In this document: piece after piece, positions 1 to 7,750 of the stretch
Position numbering within the stretch: position 1 is the stretch's first letter
Layout: each line of letters begins with the position of its first letter
Source of the DNA: Yersinia phage CAU_YEP3
Sequence record: PQ863687.1
DNA: 24,000 nt
Direction: 5' to 3' (one strand)
Translations under genes and position numbers: made by a program
Notes under the pieces: model-generated
The model's database searches: none
What the model was told of the DNA's origin: nothing
The model's input: only the letters and a program-made list of their open reading frames with translations

Positions 1-2
1 AA

Positions 3-116
3 AAGGGTACGCGCTGGGAACCGTCTGAGGTGTGTGAACGCCCGAAGACAACTGCCAAGTCTGAAGACAAGCCGAAATCAAACAGCGTCAACCTCATGGC
101 ACTCTTGAAACGCTGA
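3..116 (+). CDS. C-terminal fragment of an upstream gene (start outside window), unknown function
   Basis: Open frame from the window edge reading KGTRWEPSEVCERPKTTAKSEDKPKSNSVNLMALLKR* with TGA at 114-116; same strand and spacing as downstream genes. Confidence 0.55.
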   Translation, partial: KGTRWEPSEVCERPKTTAKSEDKPKSNSVNLMALLKR

Positions 117-124
117 TATAAATA
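117..124 (+). promoter_or_regulatory. Candidate T4-type late promoter element TATAAATA
   Basis: Exact TATAAATA between the upstream stop (116) and the ATG at 153; identical to the T4 late -10 consensus. Sequence match only. Confidence 0.35.
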
Positions 125-149
125 TCCTCGCCTATAAAGTGAGGATATT
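121..149 (+). promoter_or_regulatory. Hairpin covering the Shine-Dalgarno of the following small ORF
   Basis: Perfect 9-bp inverted repeat AATATCCTC (121-129) / GAGGATATT (141-149) with 11-nt loop; GAGGA is the apparent SD for ATG 153. Confidence 0.5.
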
Positions 150-152
150 ATC

Positions 153-317
153 ATGTTACAAGATCTGTTGGTGTATGCACTTCCTGGTGTGGTTGTCGGT
201 TTCATCGCTGGCGCTCTGGTCTTCCGCAAACACGCGCAAGACGGTGAAGTGATTGTTCAGAAAGGTAAAGAGATTCTGAGCCAAATCGAAGCCAAACTGG
301 ACGAGCTGAAGAAGTAA
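153..317 (+). CDS. Small membrane-anchored hypothetical protein (54 aa)
   Basis: ATG preceded by GAGGA; translates to MLQDLLVYALPGVVVGFIAGALVFRKHAQDGEVIVQKGKEILSQIEAKLDELKK*; N-terminal hydrophobic segment and coiled-coil-like tail; followed by a terminator. Below the ORF-track length cut-off. Confidence 0.75.
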   Translation: MLQDLLVYALPGVVVGFIAGALVFRKHAQDGEVIVQKGKEILSQIEAKLDELKK

Positions 318-342
318 TCTGACTGCGATTGCGTTCTTCAAT

Positions 343-383
343 AAAGGGGAATGGGTTATTATTAGCCCGTTCCCCTTTCTTTT
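343..383 (+). terminator. Rho-independent terminator
   Basis: AAAGGGGAATGGG ... CCCGTTCCCCTTT stem followed by CTTTT. Confidence 0.8.
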
Positions 384-398
384 GCAAGGAAATACATC

Positions 399-695
399 AT
401 GGCAATGCAACGAATAGAAGATATGGACTCCCTGGATATCGAATCTATGGTGTCTGTAATGCTCGAAGAAGATCGCAAGACCCCTGTGGTACAGCACCCG
501 ATGCCGAAATTGGGCGACGCTGATGGGCTGTGGAAAATGCTGAACGACAACAAAACCTCCGGCAAGAGTTCATTCGCTGTTGGTCGTCTGGTAGTTTCTG
601 AAGAGTTCGCACAGAAGGTTCGCGAAGGTCTTCCATCTGAATATGGATGCTTCCGTAATGGCGCTCCTGTTATCGTTATGGGTGAATCCAAATGA
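399..695 (+). CDS. Hypothetical phage protein (98 aa)
   Basis: ORF with AAGGA upstream of ATG; overlaps next gene by 4 nt. Confidence 0.75.
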   Translation: MAMQRIEDMDSLDIESMVSVMLEEDRKTPVVQHPMPKLGDADGLWKMLNDNKTSGKSSFAVGRLVVSEEFAQKVREGLPSEYGCFRNGAPVIVMGESK

Positions 696-1807
696 TCTAC
701 CTCCTGTTTGGTGTGCCATTGATACTGGCCATCCTGTTTGTGGTCTACCACCGCAAGACCCATGAGCCGAAAGAGACTCTGATTGCGACCGCGATTGTAG
801 TGGTGCTGTCCTGTCTGATTCAGGCCGGGGCTTATGCGGCGTTCTCCCTCGGCAGTTCAGGGGACGTTGAGATCCTGAACGGGTACGTCACTGGCAAAGA
901 GCGGAATAAGGTGAGCTGTGAGCACTCCTATCAGTGCAACTGCTATTACACCACATCGTGCTCCGGCTCCGGTAGCAGCAAGTCCTGCACCCGTACCCGC
1001 CATTGTAGCACCTGCTATGAGCATTCATACGACGTGGATTGGGATGTGCTGACAACCGTTGGCAATCTGACGATCGACCGTATCGACCGCCGTGGTCTTG
1101 GTCAGCCCCCGCGCTGGGCGCAGGTTCAGATTGGTGAGCCAGCGGCCAAGGAGCATTCCTACATGAACTATGTGCTGGGCAACAAGGACTCTCTGTTCTC
1201 TCGCTCAGACCAGCAGTTTGCTGAGCGATTCAAAGACAAGATTCCGAAGTACCCCGAGGTATATGACTACTATCGTGTCACTCGTGTGCTGAACGTGTCT
1301 GGCCTGGATTTACCGACCACATACTGGAACGATTACCTGAATGATGTTCTGAAGAAGCTGGGCGCAGCCAAGCAGGTGAACATCGTCTGGGTTGTGACTT
1401 CCGGTCAGCCAGTTGAATATTTCCAGGGCTTGGTCTATGCGTGGGATGGCGGTAAAAAGAACGACGTCATCGTCGTCACCGACATCAGCAAAGACCTGAA
1501 GATCAACTGGGGTAAGAGCACGTCGTTCGCTGATGGTATGCACAATCGTGAACTTCACTCCCGCAACGGTATGGACCTGACCGGGCATGATATGGGTATC
1601 GGCGTCATGACAGACGTTGTTGCCAACATCACCAAAGGTTACAACCGGGTGGAAATGAAGGAAATGGAGTACCTGAAGTGGCGGGAACTCAAGACCTGGG
1701 AAGTTGTGATTGTTGTTCTGCTGGGCTGTCTACCGTTCACCGCAATTTTCATATTGCAGCGAATGGAGTACAATGGTGGCCGTCGTCGTTATCCGTTTAA
1801 TTTTTAA
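692..1807 (+). CDS. Membrane protein with Cys-rich segment
   Basis: 371 aa; hydrophobic helices at N-terminus (IYLLFGVPLILAILFVVY; LIATAIVVVLSCLIQAGAYAAF) and near C-terminus (VVIVVLLGCLPFTAIFIL); Cys-rich segment CEHSYQCNCYYTTSCSGSGSSKSCTRTRHCSTCYE. Confidence 0.8.
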   Translation: MIYLLFGVPLILAILFVVYHRKTHEPKETLIATAIVVVLSCLIQAGAYAAFSLGSSGDVEILNGYVTGKERNKVSCEHSYQCNCYYTTSCSGSGSSKSCTRTRHCSTCYEHSYDVDWDVLTTVGNLTIDRIDRRGLGQPPRWAQVQIGEPAAKEHSYMNYVLGNKDSLFSRSDQQFAERFKDKIPKYPEVYDYYRVTRVLNVSGLDLPTTYWNDYLNDVLKKLGAAKQVNIVWVVTSGQPVEYFQGLVYAWDGGKKNDVIVVTDISKDLKINWGKSTSFADGMHNRELHSRNGMDLTGHDMGIGVMTDVVANITKGYNRVEMKEMEYLKWRELKTWEVVIVVLLGCLPFTAIFILQRMEYNGGRRRYPFNF

Positions 1808-1825
1808 TCAAAAGAGGAAGTAAGA

Positions 1826-2395
1826 ATGTCTCAATCTAAGGGTATTGCAACAGGTTGGATCGTTGGTTTGGCTTTGCTGGGCATGGTGATCGTCGGTATT
1901 GGCACTGTCATCAGCTACTTCAACGATTTCAACCGCACTGAGCAGCAGGTCAAGAAGTTCAACAAAGACTCCGAGAACTACCTGAGCAACTATACGCTCA
2001 AAGTTCAGGAGACCGCGCAGATTCCTGACATGTACAAAGACGGCCTGAAGGAAGTGATCAAAGGCACGTTCGAAGGGCGTTATGGCGCTGATGGTTCCAA
2101 GGCTGTCATGCAGTGGATCCAGGAACAGAACATTCAGTTCGATTCCAGCCTGTACAAAGAGATCCAGGTGGTGATCAGTTCTGGGCGTGATGAATTCCGC
2201 ATCAGCCAGACCAAGAAGCTGGATATCTGTGCGATGTACGAGACCAAGCTGGCTCAGTTCCCTGGTTCGTTGATTGCGGGTGTGTTCGGATACCCGCGCA
2301 TCGACCTTGACAAGACCTGCCAGGTGGTGAGCGATACCCGTACCCAGGCCGCGTTCGACGCCGGGATTCAGAAACCGATCAGCTTTAAAGGCTAA
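1826..2395 (+). CDS. LemA-like protein
   Basis: N-terminal TM then VQETAQIPDMYKDGLKEVIKGTFEGRYGADGSKAVMQWIQEQN...LYKEIQVVISSGRDEF...KLDICAMYETKLAQFPGSLIAGVFGYPR, resembling the LemA-family core and its C-terminal FP..LIAG.FG motif. SD AGAGGAAG upstream. Confidence 0.65.
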   Translation: MSQSKGIATGWIVGLALLGMVIVGIGTVISYFNDFNRTEQQVKKFNKDSENYLSNYTLKVQETAQIPDMYKDGLKEVIKGTFEGRYGADGSKAVMQWIQEQNIQFDSSLYKEIQVVISSGRDEFRISQTKKLDICAMYETKLAQFPGSLIAGVFGYPRIDLDKTCQVVSDTRTQAAFDAGIQKPISFKG

Positions 2396-2401
2396 TTCAC
2401 A

Positions 2402-2423
2402 GTTAGCTCCACCTGGAGCTAAC
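2402..2423 (+). promoter_or_regulatory. Intergenic hairpin without U-tract
   Basis: Perfect inverted repeat GTTAGCTCC (2402-2410) acct GGAGCTAAC (2415-2423). Confidence 0.6.
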
Positions 2424-2444
2424 CAAACCGAGTAAGGTGCTGTT

Positions 2445-2642
2445 ATGCCCACTGATAAATTTAGCTCTGTGTACACGACGCCTGCCAAGGAAACTTTGGT
2501 GAGCTTAGACCCCAGGGGAGTGGTGATAAAGCAGGTTGGGAGTGACGACAACGGGCGTCTTTATGACACCATTCTGTTGGACATTGAATCTGCAAAGCAT
2601 TTGCATGCTGTCCTTGGTGAAATTCTTAACTTAAAAGGCTGA
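2445..2642 (+). CDS. Hypothetical protein (65 aa)
   Basis: ORF with TAAGG upstream; collinear with neighbours. Confidence 0.65.
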   Translation: MPTDKFSSVYTTPAKETLVSLDPRGVVIKQVGSDDNGRLYDTILLDIESAKHLHAVLGEILNLKG

Positions 2643-2646
2643 TATC

Positions 2647-3069
2647 ATGAGCGTGAAACTCACTGAATCCCTGACGCTGGACCAACAGCAGGCTCTGTTG
2701 GACGAAGTGGTGATCTCTGCTGTCAAGCAGGGGATCATTAAAGACGACACACTGATCAACCGCCCGGAGATGATCCATCACCTGGTGGTGTGTCTCGGTG
2801 AGGCCAACAATCCTCGTAAGAAGATCGTGTTGTTTACCGATGGCGTGATTCATCCGAGCGGGAACTGCGCGTTCTTGGATGTGATTGAACATCCGAACAC
2901 GAAGGGTAAAGAAATCAAGACCTCTGTTCCGGTGACTCCATACACTGAGGGCGTTGACCAGCTGTCTTGGTTTGAGACTATCAACACCATCTATGTGATG
3001 GCGGTGGGTGGTCGACCTGTCCTAGACCTGCGCGGCGCTATTAAACCAGAGCCGAAAACTGAAGTCTAA
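2647..3069 (+). CDS. Hypothetical protein (140 aa)
   Basis: ORF starting 4 nt after the upstream stop; ends just before a terminator. Confidence 0.75.
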   Translation: MSVKLTESLTLDQQQALLDEVVISAVKQGIIKDDTLINRPEMIHHLVVCLGEANNPRKKIVLFTDGVIHPSGNCAFLDVIEHPNTKGKEIKTSVPVTPYTEGVDQLSWFETINTIYVMAVGGRPVLDLRGAIKPEPKTEV

Positions 3070-3081
3070 TCGTTCTTCAAT

Positions 3082-3118
3082 AAAAGGGGATAGGGTATTA
3101 TTGCGCTATCCCCTTTTT
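3082..3118 (+). terminator. Rho-independent terminator
   Basis: AAAAGGGGATAG ... CTATCCCCTTTTT. Confidence 0.85.
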
Positions 3119-3131
3119 CATGGTCAGGAAC

Positions 3132-3494
3132 ATGACAGACAAGCCAAGAAAGATTGCGATTGTTGGAGCCGGACTGGGCTCTCGGTTGATCAAAGTCCTG
3201 CTGGAAGAGAAGCTGCCAGGAGTTGAGGTTGTTCACATCACTCCTGATGATATTCCGAAGCACCAGAGCAAATCGAGTGAACACATGATCATCTGTGACG
3301 AACTACAACAGATGCCGGACACCAAGGCTCTGATTGCCAAGCTGAAACAACGAGACACGGAGATGTCTGCCGAATGCGATATGCGGGAGTTCTATGCCGA
3401 CCGCCGCTATCAAGAACCCACACGCCTGCGTGGAGCCGCTGCTCAAAAACGTCAGGCCGCTAAAATGAAGAATAAACGCCGGAGCAAACGCTGA
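3132..3494 (+). CDS. Hypothetical protein, N-terminus Rossmann-like
   Basis: Track gives 3120 as start, but 3120 abuts the terminator T-tract and the ATG at 3132 is preceded by CAGGAA; N-terminus KIAIVGAGLGSRLIKVLLEEKLPGVEVVHI is Rossmann-like. Confidence 0.7.
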   Translation: MTDKPRKIAIVGAGLGSRLIKVLLEEKLPGVEVVHITPDDIPKHQSKSSEHMIICDELQQMPDTKALIAKLKQRDTEMSAECDMREFYADRRYQEPTRLRGAAAQKRQAAKMKNKRRSKR

Positions 3495-4159
3495 TGACTA
3501 CCAAACCAACTTATGAAGAACTGGCACAGACCGTTCTGACCTTTGACAGCACCCTGAAGAAATTGTACGATGCACTGGGTAAGATCCCGACTTCAGAATC
3601 AGGAGACGCAGTCAATCTTTTGGTGCTGTTGAACCCTTTGTGGGGCGTTGACAAAATCATCGCAGCCCTGAAAGATCCTGATGCGGCGGAATCTCCCGAA
3701 ATGCCAGACCAGGATGAACTGGCCTCCGCATTGATGTATCTGGATAATGCTTGGTCAGAACTTTTCGCTCAGACCTGCTCCAACCCTGTGACTAACGCAT
3801 GGGGTAAACCAGTGGACTTCACAGAGGTAAACAATTTCCGTGAGAAGGCATCTGGCACAGTGTATCGCACTCGCCTGGCGCTGAAAGGTGAAGTCAAAGA
3901 TGCCAAGAAGGAAGTCCCTGCTTCAGGCATTCAGAAGTACCTGGAGAACTTTGAAGAGTACTCCTTCACCGACCTGCTCTTGCGTGATCTGATCAACACG
4001 GAACGCCGCCGTCAGGAAAAGAATTGCCCTGTGGTTCAGTCTGATCATGAGATTGAGGAAATCGTTCGCGAAGAGCTGAACAGCACCTACTCACCTATCG
4101 ATCTGGCTGTAATGATCGTTCAAGCGCTGGCATACGCTGCCAAAGGGGAAACGAAATGA
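3494..4159 (+). CDS. Hypothetical protein (221 aa)
   Basis: ORF overlapping the upstream stop; no recognised domain. Confidence 0.75.
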   Translation: MTTKPTYEELAQTVLTFDSTLKKLYDALGKIPTSESGDAVNLLVLLNPLWGVDKIIAALKDPDAAESPEMPDQDELASALMYLDNAWSELFAQTCSNPVTNAWGKPVDFTEVNNFREKASGTVYRTRLALKGEVKDAKKEVPASGIQKYLENFEEYSFTDLLLRDLINTERRRQEKNCPVVQSDHEIEEIVREELNSTYSPIDLAVMIVQALAYAAKGETK

Positions 4160-4356
4160 AGAAGTCATCTGCTGCCGTCGCTGCTATGCTGGCGCTGTCT
4201 GAAATGGAAATCGTCGCCACGCATCGCGGTGATGACATGTGGGGGCGTCGTTACACTCAGGGCGGCGCACCCGGCGAACCAGGCCATGGTCGCCCGTCTG
4301 TAACCCGCAAGAAGAAGGCGAAGACCCATGGAAAGAACAAGCGCAAACGTAAGTGA
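4156..4356 (+). CDS. Hypothetical basic protein (66 aa)
   Basis: ATGA overlap with upstream ORF; Lys/Arg-rich C-terminus. Confidence 0.55.
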   Translation: MKKSSAAVAAMLALSEMEIVATHRGDDMWGRRYTQGGAPGEPGHGRPSVTRKKKAKTHGKNKRKRK

Positions 4357-4501
4357 GGAGCGCCTGAAGGATCTGTCCATTGGCAATCCCAAGTTAGCCA
4401 GATCATGGGTGATGTTTGAAGAAGGTAAGATGATGGCCGATGAAATCATCTTCCTTCGAGCAGAGGTCGCTCGATTAAGTAAAACCGAACCCAAAAAGTA
4501 G
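4328..4501 (+). CDS. Possible small protein (57 aa) overlapping the previous ORF
   Basis: ATG 4328 to TAG 4499-4501: MERTSANVSEERLKDLSIGNPKLARSWVMFEEGKMMADEIIFLRAEVARLSKTEPKK*. Fills the gap before the gene at 4512. Below ORF-track length. Confidence 0.5.
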   Translation: MERTSANVSEERLKDLSIGNPKLARSWVMFEEGKMMADEIIFLRAEVARLSKTEPKK

Positions 4502-4511
4502 AGGATATGTC

Positions 4512-4856
4512 ATGAGTTCTATTGAACAGCTGATCACCCCACAGTATGTGTACTCCAACATTGTTGAGCATCTGCGCTCACAGTTGAACGTGGGAACCCT
4601 GAGCAGCACTGCTTTGAGCAATCTACAAATCATCGAAGTCGAAGTGGCCGCATTCGGTAGCCGTTACCACTTCAATGTTGACTACACGCGAATGGAAGAA
4701 GAGCAATCCTCTATCATCGCGCTGGCAACGCCGAACCCGCGCTCGAACCCGGTGTGTGTAACCCGCACTGTGGTTGGTTATCTTGAGGAAACTCTTGAGC
4801 CAGGTGCTCAGCGACCAACATTCGACTTCCAGGCCAGATTCGCCACCGAAGACTGA
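4512..4856 (+). CDS. Hypothetical protein (114 aa)
   Basis: SD-like AGAGGAT upstream; followed by terminator. Confidence 0.75.
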   Translation: MSSIEQLITPQYVYSNIVEHLRSQLNVGTLSSTALSNLQIIEVEVAAFGSRYHFNVDYTRMEEEQSSIIALATPNPRSNPVCVTRTVVGYLEETLEPGAQRPTFDFQARFATED

Positions 4857-4863
4857 TCTGAAC

Positions 4864-4887
4864 AAAGCCCTCAGCCGAGGGCTTTTT
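4864..4887 (+). terminator. Rho-independent terminator
   Basis: AAAGCCCTC agcc GAGGGCTTT + TT. Confidence 0.85.
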
Positions 4888-4962
4888 CAATTGAAGACAC
4901 CCGCCGTATTATACCCACTCAACCAATATGTTTCCCTTTGACATTGATAGGATTTCTATACT

Positions 4963-7719
4963 ATGAAAATGCGCAAGTCCGAGCACTTTATCCGCTCGTC
5001 GTCTTCCATTCAGGGGCAGGCGTTCAACGTGAAAATGAACGATAAGATGTTTGAGACTCTGTTCTCATCATTGTATCGTTACAAAGAGGCTGCAGCCCTG
5101 CGTGAAACCGTCTGTAACGCCATCGACTCCCATGGCATGCGTGATCGTATGCACCGCATGATAGCATCCCACTACGCGCCTCTCACTCCGCCTCCTGCCC
5201 GCCATAGCAAATACCTGGCACCGAAGGGTAAGCAGGTTGTTGTGCATCTGCCTGATGATTTCGAACCATGGCTGGAAATCCGTGATTACGGTATCGGCCT
5301 GCCGCTTGAAAAGATCATTGGCGAGCCTATCACAGCGCAGGAAGATGAAGTGCTGCTGGAAGGCAACATGGTCGTGAAGGAAAGTGAGATCCCCGACTCG
5401 GCTGAAGTCATCGGTGTCCCAGGCTTCTATGAAGGTGCGTTAGTGTTCCGCCGTGAAGATGGTGAGATCATCCGCGCCCCCGGCCTGTACACGACACTCT
5501 TCCACAGTACGAAGGAAGAAGACGATGACCAGATCGGGGCATTCGGCCTTGGCTCCAAATCACCATTTGCGGTATCGGATTCGTTCACTGTGGAAAGTCG
5601 CATGGACGGTAAACTCCATCGCTTCCTGATGTACCTGAACGCCAAGCGCATCCCAACGGTCGATCTGATCACCAAAGATCTTGAAACTCGTGATCCTAAG
5701 CCGGAAGACACCGATGAATTCAACGGCATGACGGTGAAGATCCCGGTGAAGAACGCTCGCTTCTCCGCATTCTCTGACGAGCTGGTTCGCCTTGGTCGCG
5801 TCATGCGTCCTGAGCACCGCCCGGTTGTTGAGAACGCATCATACCGCTTCGGCTGGGAAGACATCAGCTATGATTTCAAGGTCAACAACACGTACATCCA
5901 GCCGAAAGGCCAGGGGAACACCCATTATGCTGTGATGGGCGGCGTGTCATACCCGATTGACCTGGACCAGCTGGACCCGGAAACTGCATCCATCATGAGC
6001 AAGTTCCCGTGCTCCTATACATTCTTTGAACTCGGCTCGCTGAACGTACCGCCGTCGCGTGAAGACTTGTCGTATGACGAATTTACGCGTGAGACGCTCT
6101 CTGAGGAGTTTAAGGGAACCGCCAATGCAATCTTGACAGAAAAGATGCGCGATCTGGAGCTGGCGTGTAAGCGTGGTCCTCTTGCCCTGTATATGGAGAA
6201 GGCAAAACTGAGCGAAATGTTCGGTAGCGGATTCCGTAAGATGGTTGAAAAGGAATACCCGGCGGACAAGCGCTTCCATGACTCATATTATCGTTATCCG
6301 GTGCCTGTTGAGATCGATCGCGATTATGACCACACCGCACCATTCAATGAACTGTCGTCGCCGTTCTCTCTGGAGATCTTCTATGACTGGGGTGAGTCCA
6401 GTACCCTGACCATTTCAGAAATCCAGAAGTGGATCGATCGCGGTCAGCATGTTACCGTGGTGATCGAAGACAGTGTTCGTGCTCGCAACCTGAAGATCAA
6501 GCAGCTGAAGGACACTGGAACGATGGTTGTCGTGGCCAAGCCGAACACGTCCTATGTCACCAAGCGCAATCAATCCAAGGACAACCCTGCGTTCAAGAAT
6601 GCCCAGGATCTTCACGACTTCTTTGAATCCTGGATTGGTAAAGAAGAAACGACAGTCGATTATCTCTGCTTCGCCGACAAGTTCGTCGATTGGTTGAGCG
6701 CGGTGATCGAGCCTGCCGAAGTCAAGTTCATGAACGAACTGACGTATGTCACACCCCCGGTCACCAAAGACCCTGGGTTGTTCCCGTTCACGCACAGCAA
6801 CTTCGACATAAAACAGTACGAAGAACTGACTGGTGAGCAGATCTCCGACATCATCAATAAGGGCGAGCGCATCGTCTATATCGAAGTGTCTGGGCACGAG
6901 TGTATCCACCAGGTGATGGACAGAACGTTGACGGCTGCGGCGGCGCGGGGTATTCGCAAATCTCTGTACGAACACGCAGTCAGTGTCGACGATGAAGGCA
7001 AGCCAGTCTACATCAGCGATATGTTGAATGTTCACGACAGGATCTTCTTGGCTCGTCGTAAATCCGTGCCGATGATGAAGAAGTTCCCGGGGGTCTTCAT
7101 CCCGATTGATGAGATCCTGAAGATCATGCTGGAAAACGTGAAGCCGATGTTGGAGCGCAATAGCGCCGAACAAATATTGAAATCGTATCGCCGCATGCGC
7201 CTTGGGGCAGATCGGTTAAAATACGGGAGCCACCTGGTCCAGCAGGCGTTCGGTAATGTTGAAGATGACCGTTATGGTAAATTGGTCAACCGTTACAATA
7301 AGTTAATGGAAGTCGTGGACAGCATCTTGGATGAGCAGACTGTACATCATTACCAAACCCTGGCGAAAGCCCCGGTGTCGATCCATGACAAGCGCCGCTT
7401 TAGTCATTTCCAGGACACGATAAGTTCTCTTAACGTGAATTTGTACGCCAACAAGCGTGATGAAAAGATCTTCCGTTCAGAGCACCAGATGCTGCAGATC
7501 TTTGGGTACGCTTCTGACGCCTTGCAGTCACATGGATTCACGCGGTTTGAAATCATGCGAACTCCGTCTTTAAAGGCAAGGCGAGACAACCGATTGACCA
7601 TCGAGCGACACCGTGTTATCCGGTTCTTGAAAGAGAACTACAAACCAAGCGCCATGAACCCGATTGAAAATTCTTCGGACTACTTGGACGTTATTTCAAA
7701 TTCCATTATCAGGGCATAA
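4963..7719 (+). CDS. rIIA: rIIA-like protein, GHKL/HSP90-type ATPase domain
   Basis: 918 aa; ALRETVCNAIDSHG (N box), LEIRDYGIGLPLE (DxGxG), GAFGLGSKSPFAVSDSFTVES; followed directly by an rIIB-like gene. Confidence 0.85.
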   Translation: MKMRKSEHFIRSSSSIQGQAFNVKMNDKMFETLFSSLYRYKEAAALRETVCNAIDSHGMRDRMHRMIASHYAPLTPPPARHSKYLAPKGKQVVVHLPDDFEPWLEIRDYGIGLPLEKIIGEPITAQEDEVLLEGNMVVKESEIPDSAEVIGVPGFYEGALVFRREDGEIIRAPGLYTTLFHSTKEEDDDQIGAFGLGSKSPFAVSDSFTVESRMDGKLHRFLMYLNAKRIPTVDLITKDLETRDPKPEDTDEFNGMTVKIPVKNARFSAFSDELVRLGRVMRPEHRPVVENASYRFGWEDISYDFKVNNTYIQPKGQGNTHYAVMGGVSYPIDLDQLDPETASIMSKFPCSYTFFELGSLNVPPSREDLSYDEFTRETLSEEFKGTANAILTEKMRDLELACKRGPLALYMEKAKLSEMFGSGFRKMVEKEYPADKRFHDSYYRYPVPVEIDRDYDHTAPFNELSSPFSLEIFYDWGESSTLTISEIQKWIDRGQHVTVVIEDSVRARNLKIKQLKDTGTMVVVAKPNTSYVTKRNQSKDNPAFKNAQDLHDFFESWIGKEETTVDYLCFADKFVDWLSAVIEPAEVKFMNELTYVTPPVTKDPGLFPFTHSNFDIKQYEELTGEQISDIINKGERIVYIEVSGHECIHQVMDRTLTAAAARGIRKSLYEHAVSVDDEGKPVYISDMLNVHDRIFLARRKSVPMMKKFPGVFIPIDEILKIMLENVKPMLERNSAEQILKSYRRMRLGADRLKYGSHLVQQAFGNVEDDRYGKLVNRYNKLMEVVDSILDEQTVHHYQTLAKAPVSIHDKRRFSHFQDTISSLNVNLYANKRDEKIFRSEHQMLQIFGYASDALQSHGFTRFEIMRTPSLKARRDNRLTIERHRVIRFLKENYKPSAMNPIENSSDYLDVISNSIIRA

Positions 7720-7750
7720 TAACCCTATTAACCAACGTGGGAACTACAAG

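Noticed and set aside
1808-2551. 247-aa reverse-strand ORF
   Set aside because: Lies opposite the LemA-like gene and the next ORF, has no recognisable domain, and all supported genes run on the + strand; a shadow ORF.
4937-4960. TTGACA ... TATACT promoter-like pair upstream of rIIA
   Set aside because: Spacing is only about 13 nt and the -10-like box abuts the ATG; not a credible sigma70 promoter.
6415-7173. 252-aa reverse-strand ORF
   Set aside because: Fully antisense to the rIIA-like gene; typical artefact of the codon bias on the coding strand.
7664-7750. N-terminal extension of the rIIB-like ORF
   Set aside because: Overlaps the rIIA-like C-terminus and has no SD; ATG at 7751 begins a better rIIB-like N-terminus.
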